Assembly (NCBI GenBank): GCA_035536235.1
Contig: DATLOQ010000045.1
Location: forward strand, 40,882 to 104,881
Direction of reading: 5' to 3'
Length of the DNA stretch: 64,000 nt
Origin: Mycobacteriales bacterium
GTDB taxonomy: Bacteria; Actinomycetota; Actinomycetes; BP-191
Made by a program: the position numbers and the translations under genes. Positions 59,587-64,000 of the stretch are shown piece after piece. The notes below the pieces were generated by a model that made no database searches, was not told where the DNA came from, and saw only the letters and a program-made list of their open reading frames with translations. Numbering within the stretch: position 1 is the first letter of the stretch; every line of letters starts with the position of its first letter.

Positions 59587-60917
59587 CTATCGGCGCACGG
59601 CGAATACCTGCCACTCTTCAGAGAGGCCCTTGAGGAGATGACTCCCGCGCCCCTCGAACTTGATGCCGGACCCGAGTGCCAGATCTTTCACGGTGCTCGA
59701 GACACAGATCTCGCTCGGAGAGGCGAGGGACAGCATCCGCGCAGCGACGTGGACGGCTATTCCCTGAACAGCGTCAGGCGATACCGAGCATTCACCTGCG
59801 TGTATACCGACGCGCAGCTCCAGACCTATCGCCCTGACCCGCTCGACAAGAACGGCGCCGAACTCGATGGCTTTCGCGGGGCCAGCGAACAGGAAGAGGA
59901 ATCCGTCGCCGGCAGTCTCTATCTCTCTGCCATTGTGACGCTTCAGCTCCTCCCGCACGATGCGTCGATGACGTTCTAGCAGTGGGAGCCACTGAGAATC
60001 CCCGAGCTCTGCAGCTTGCTCTGTGGAGCCCACGATGTCCGTGAACATCACCGTCGCGAGGACTCGGTCGGCTCGCGACGCAGAGCGCTCCCCGGTGACG
60101 AACTCCTCTACCTTGTCCAGATACATGTCGGCGTTGCTTGCCCACAGCACCGGGTCTGGGCCGGGTATCAGTTCGAATTCCGCGTGAGGGATGTGGTCGG
60201 CCAGGTGTCGGCCCATGGCACTGGTGATCAGCCCAGCATCCTCGCGATGCAGAACAAGGGTGGGCACGTGAATCAACGGCAGCGTTGCACGCACGTCGAT
60301 GCCGGTGAGCATCGTTTCCATCGCGATGAGCGATCCTGGGCTGGCCGCCATCCGCTGGTACCGCGCGTAGGCAGTGACGAAGTCAGGATCATGCGCCAGG
60401 CTGGGAGCGAAGAGCCCGATGCCTTCTTCGGTGCCCCACGCCTCTCTGATCACCGCCAGTACCTGTTGTACGACCTCGGCGGACAGTCCGCAAGGAAAGT
60501 CCGCACTCCCCTGGAATCGCGCCGTCGTGTCAGCGAGGATCAGGCCGGTGACCTTCTCCGGGTGACTGGCTGCGAAGAGCATGGACATCGGCCCTGCGTC
60601 GGCCAATGTGAAGAGAAATGCGGATTCATGACCCGCTGCATCCAGAACAGCTTGTAGATCGTCGCCCCAGTCCTCCAAGGTGGGCATCTGACCAAGGGCG
60701 ATCGGGTCCGAAAGGCCCACTCCGCGCTTGTCGAACAAGATGAGCGTGCAGAACTCAGCGAGCCGAAGAAGGAAGTCCTCAGATAGGGAACGTTCCATCT
60801 CTCTTCGACGTGGGTGAACCAGCTACCGAGGTACAGAAGAGGAGGCCCGGACCCAAGGACCTGATTGGCCACGTGCTGCCCGTTGCTCTGCACATATCGA
60901 GTCTGAGCAGTACGCAC
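59587..60917 (-). pseudogene. LipJ-like alpha/beta-hydrolase plus class III adenylate cyclase gene, disrupted by a frameshift
   Basis: N-terminal hydrolase segment (MRTAQTRYVQSNGQHVANQVLGSGPPLLYLGSW...) is in a different frame from the rest (…FDKRGVGLSD… hydrolase core plus cyclase domain VMFTDIVGST...GDGFLFLF). Frames meet near 60783-60797. Local GC content is lower. Confidence 0.6.
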
Positions 60918-61128
60918 TCTCGCCCTCCGGATGCCATCCTCCTGGCAATGCTAGGGCCCTTCGGGGCGCCGGGGCCCAGCCGATCACCCGGTCCGCACGA
61001 GCGGCGGGTCGCCAGGTGCTGCGGTGGCTACAACCCGGCCGGGCGGCCTATCGGGAGCGGGGAGCGCGGTGTGCTTTTGGTGCCTGTAACTCCTGGCCCG
61101 CTCTCTGACACCATCTGGGGTCGAGGGG

Positions 61129-63987
61129 GTGGGCGTGGAGACGCTGGTGCTGGTCCTGACCGATGTGCAGGGCTCCACACGGCTGTGGCAGGACGAGTCA
61201 GTGGCGATGGCCGCCGCGATGGCGCGTCATGACGAGATCGTGCACGGCGCGGTCGCCGAGCACGGCGGTTGGCGCCCGGCCGACCAGGGTGAGGGCGATG
61301 CGGTTTTCGCCGCGTTCCGCTCGGCAACCGAGGCCCTGGCTGCGGTGGCGCAGGTGCAGCGCGGGCTCGCTGCGGAGCCGTGGCCCACCAGCATTCCCTT
61401 GAAGGTGCGAATCGGGGTGCACCTGGGTGAGGTGACCGAACGCGCGGGAAACCTGTACGGCGACCCGGTGAACCGATGTGCCCGCCTGCGCGGCCTCGGC
61501 GCCGGCGGGCAGACGCTGCTCAGCGCGCCGGTGTACGAGGTGGTCCGCGACCGACTCCCGGCCGGGGCTTCGGTCGCCGACCTGGGGGAGCACCGGCTGA
61601 AGGACCTCACCCGTCCCGAGCACGTCTGGCAGCTCGACCTCGACGGACTGGATCGCGAGTTCCCGCCGCTCGCGTCGCTGGACCGGGCGACGCATAACCT
61701 CCCGGTGCAGGCCGCGCCGTTCATCGGCCGGGAGACGGAGCTTACGTCGCTCGTTGCCGCTGTGCGCGAGCACCGCCTGGTGACGCTGACTGGGTTCGGC
61801 GGGATGGGCAAGACGCGGCTTGCGCTGCAGGCCGCCGCGGAGCTCGCCGGTCACCCTGACATCGGCGACGTGTGGTTCGTCGACCTCGCTGCGGTGACCG
61901 ACCCGGCACTGGTGCCGGCTCGCGTGGCCGAGGCGGCGGGCGTGCGGTTCGGCGCGGGCGACCCGACGAAGGCGATGGTCGCCGCGTTCATTGACCATCC
62001 GACGCTGTTGGTGCTCGACAACCTCGAGCAGGTCATGGGATGCGCTGCGTTCGTCGCCGACCTGGTCACCGTGGCGCCAGCGCTGCGGGTGCTGGCGACC
62101 AGCCGCGAGCCGCTCCGGCTCCGGGCCGAACGGCAGGTGCCGCTGTCACCGATGTCGGTGCCCGCCGATCGCGTGTCTGCCGAGGTGCTCTCCACCTACG
62201 AGGCGGTGCGCTTCTTCGTCGACCGCGCCTGCGCCGTACGACCCGACTTCGCCGTCACCAACCAGACCGCGCCCGCGGTCGCGGCGATCTGCGCGCGGCT
62301 CGACGGCCATCCGCTTGCGTTAGAGCTCGCCGCGGCACGGGTCAAGATGCTCAGCGTCGACAAGCTGCTCGCCCGGCTCGACTCGGCGCTGACCGTGCTC
62401 ACTGGCGGCCACCGTGACATGCCCGCGCGCCACCAGACGCTGCGCGCCACCATCGCCTGGTCCTACGACGCGCTCGACGCCGACGAGCAGCTGCTGCTGG
62501 CCCGCATGTCCGTGCTCCCGGCACCGGCTGATCTCGACATGATCGAAGCGGTGTGCGGCGACGGCATCGACGTCTACGACCGACTCGAGGCGCTGGTCGA
62601 GCGTAGCCTGGTACGCACGGTCGAAGAAGACGGCGAGACGCGCTTCGGCCTGCTCGTCAGCGTCCGTGACTACGCAGCGGAGCACGTCGGGGAATCTGCC
62701 GACAAGGAGCTCCGCGACCGGCACTCGGCCCACGTCGCCACGAGCGTCACTCGGGCTCGCGCCGAGCACGATGCTGTGGTCGTGGTGAAGCGGGAGCTCC
62801 CGCACCTACGGGCGGCGCTCGATCACCTCGACCGGACCGGGGCGGACGCCGACTACGTCGCGCTCGTCGTGAGCGTCGACGACGGGGTGACCCACGCAGG
62901 CCACCTGGCCGAGTACCTCGCCCTCGCCTCGCGTGCGCTCGCGCTCGGCGGTACGGCCGCACAGCGCGCGCAGCTCTACGGCAACCTGAGCTTGACCTAC
63001 TCCAACGTCGGCGAGGTCGAGCGCGCACGAGAGATGGACGAGCGCGCGCTGGTCGAGGCCCGACGTGGCAACGACCCCGTGGTCCACGCGAACGTCGCCG
63101 TCATGGCCGTCGGCACCGCCCGGACCCGGGCGGCGCTCATGGAGCGCGTTGAGGAGTACCGCGGCCTGCGGGATCGTCTTCCTCCGGAGTGGCTCACCCT
63201 GTTCGACCACGAAGAGGCCAACCTCCTCGCCGGCCGGCTGCGATTCGCCGACCCGGCCGCCGCTGAGGCTGCAGCGCGACGTTTCAGCCATGCTGGGGTG
63301 TTCAGCGTGCGACTCGCCCGCGTCCTACTCGACACCGGTCGGGTGCAGGAGGCCTGCGCAGCCCTGGAGCGGGTGCGGGACCCGGCGCCGTTCCTGGGCA
63401 TGCGGACGTGGGAGCTGCGCGGTCTCACCGAGCGGGCGCGAGCAGCGCTGCTCTGCGGTGACCCGACGGAGGCTCGGCAGCTCGCCGCGGAGGCGCGAGA
63501 GGGCTTCTTGCTCGTCGGAGCTAGGCCATTCGAGCCGGCAGACGTCCTGGCGCACGTCGCGCGGCGTGAGCGGCAGCCCGCCGCGGCGGTGGACCTCCTC
63601 GACCAGGCGCTCGTCGGCGCGCCCGACCCGCCGGACGTCCTCGTCGCGCAGCTGCTGTGGCGGCGCGCTGTCGCACACGCGGATGCGGGTCGTCTCGATC
63701 TTGCGCTCGCCGACGTCACAGCCGCCCGAGAGGTGCTGCAGGACGAGGAGCTCTGGCTGCTCGAGCTGCTCGGCTGCCTCGTCGTCGAGGCGCTCGTCCT
63801 GGAGTCGACCGACCCAGCTAGGTCGGCCCGCCTGCTCGGCTCCGTGGGCGCGCACCGTGGCACGTGGCTTCTGCCGCACGACCTCGACGATGACGCGCAC
63901 GCCCTCGCGCAGCGTCTCGGCGACATGTACGCCGAGGACGTCGCTCTCGGAAGGCTTCTCGCCCCGTCCACCGCGGCGCGGAACTAG
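61129..63987 (+). CDS. Multidomain signalling protein: class III adenylate/guanylate cyclase, NB-ARC/AAA ATPase and TPR-like helical region (STAND type)
   Basis: LVLTDVQGSTRLW...GEGDAVFAAF cyclase core; Walker A GFGGMGKTRLAL; long helical C-terminus running to the window edge. Confidence 0.8.
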   Translation: MGVETLVLVLTDVQGSTRLWQDESVAMAAAMARHDEIVHGAVAEHGGWRPADQGEGDAVFAAFRSATEALAAVAQVQRGLAAEPWPTSIPLKVRIGVHLGEVTERAGNLYGDPVNRCARLRGLGAGGQTLLSAPVYEVVRDRLPAGASVADLGEHRLKDLTRPEHVWQLDLDGLDREFPPLASLDRATHNLPVQAAPFIGRETELTSLVAAVREHRLVTLTGFGGMGKTRLALQAAAELAGHPDIGDVWFVDLAAVTDPALVPARVAEAAGVRFGAGDPTKAMVAAFIDHPTLLVLDNLEQVMGCAAFVADLVTVAPALRVLATSREPLRLRAERQVPLSPMSVPADRVSAEVLSTYEAVRFFVDRACAVRPDFAVTNQTAPAVAAICARLDGHPLALELAAARVKMLSVDKLLARLDSALTVLTGGHRDMPARHQTLRATIAWSYDALDADEQLLLARMSVLPAPADLDMIEAVCGDGIDVYDRLEALVERSLVRTVEEDGETRFGLLVSVRDYAAEHVGESADKELRDRHSAHVATSVTRARAEHDAVVVVKRELPHLRAALDHLDRTGADADYVALVVSVDDGVTHAGHLAEYLALASRALALGGTAAQRAQLYGNLSLTYSNVGEVERAREMDERALVEARRGNDPVVHANVAVMAVGTARTRAALMERVEEYRGLRDRLPPEWLTLFDHEEANLLAGRLRFADPAAAEAAARRFSHAGVFSVRLARVLLDTGRVQEACAALERVRDPAPFLGMRTWELRGLTERARAALLCGDPTEARQLAAEAREGFLLVGARPFEPADVLAHVARRERQPAAAVDLLDQALVGAPDPPDVLVAQLLWRRAVAHADAGRLDLALADVTAAREVLQDEELWLLELLGCLVVEALVLESTDPARSARLLGSVGAHRGTWLLPHDLDDDAHALAQRLGDMYAEDVALGRLLAPSTAARN

Positions 63988-64000
63988 CCTTCCCGGGTCA

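Overview
High-GC actinobacterial chromosomal segment (about 70% GC). Most of the window is syntenic with the Mycobacterium tuberculosis Rv3654c-Rv3721c neighbourhood, recognised by gene content and order from established knowledge only; no search was run. Core genes found: SRP RNA-dnaX-ybaB-recR, ask/asd (interrupted here), ponA with a whiB4-like gene, two ArsA-like ATPases, NfeD-stomatin, RidA, NUDIX, MBL hydrolase, nth, TlpA, MarP, EphE-like hydrolase, acs, 6C sRNA, and a Tad/Flp pilus locus (cpaE-like, tadA, tadB, tadC, flp). The first 8.3 kb is bracketed by two tRNA-Ser genes and carries a MarR gene plus F420-related oxidoreductases and acetyltransferases. Other calls: tRNA-Pro, and three class-III nucleotidyl cyclase genes, two of them large cyclase-ATPase-TPR proteins and one a frameshifted LipJ-like pseudogene in a lower-GC patch. 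Things that break the expected pattern: a CocE/NonD hydrolase inserted between ask and asd; a tandem triplet of paralogous single-pass membrane proteins after acs; a tandem pair of paralogous secreted proteins with a strong hairpin between them; a helical protein with an RsiG-type ExxxSxxRxxxQxxxD motif; an SDR gene remnant; several strong palindromes/hairpins; and two divergent GNAT genes whose start codons overlap. No CRISPR array, IS element or integrase was recognised. Coordinates come from the supplied ORF track plus manual start refinement and may be off by about 1 nt in places.
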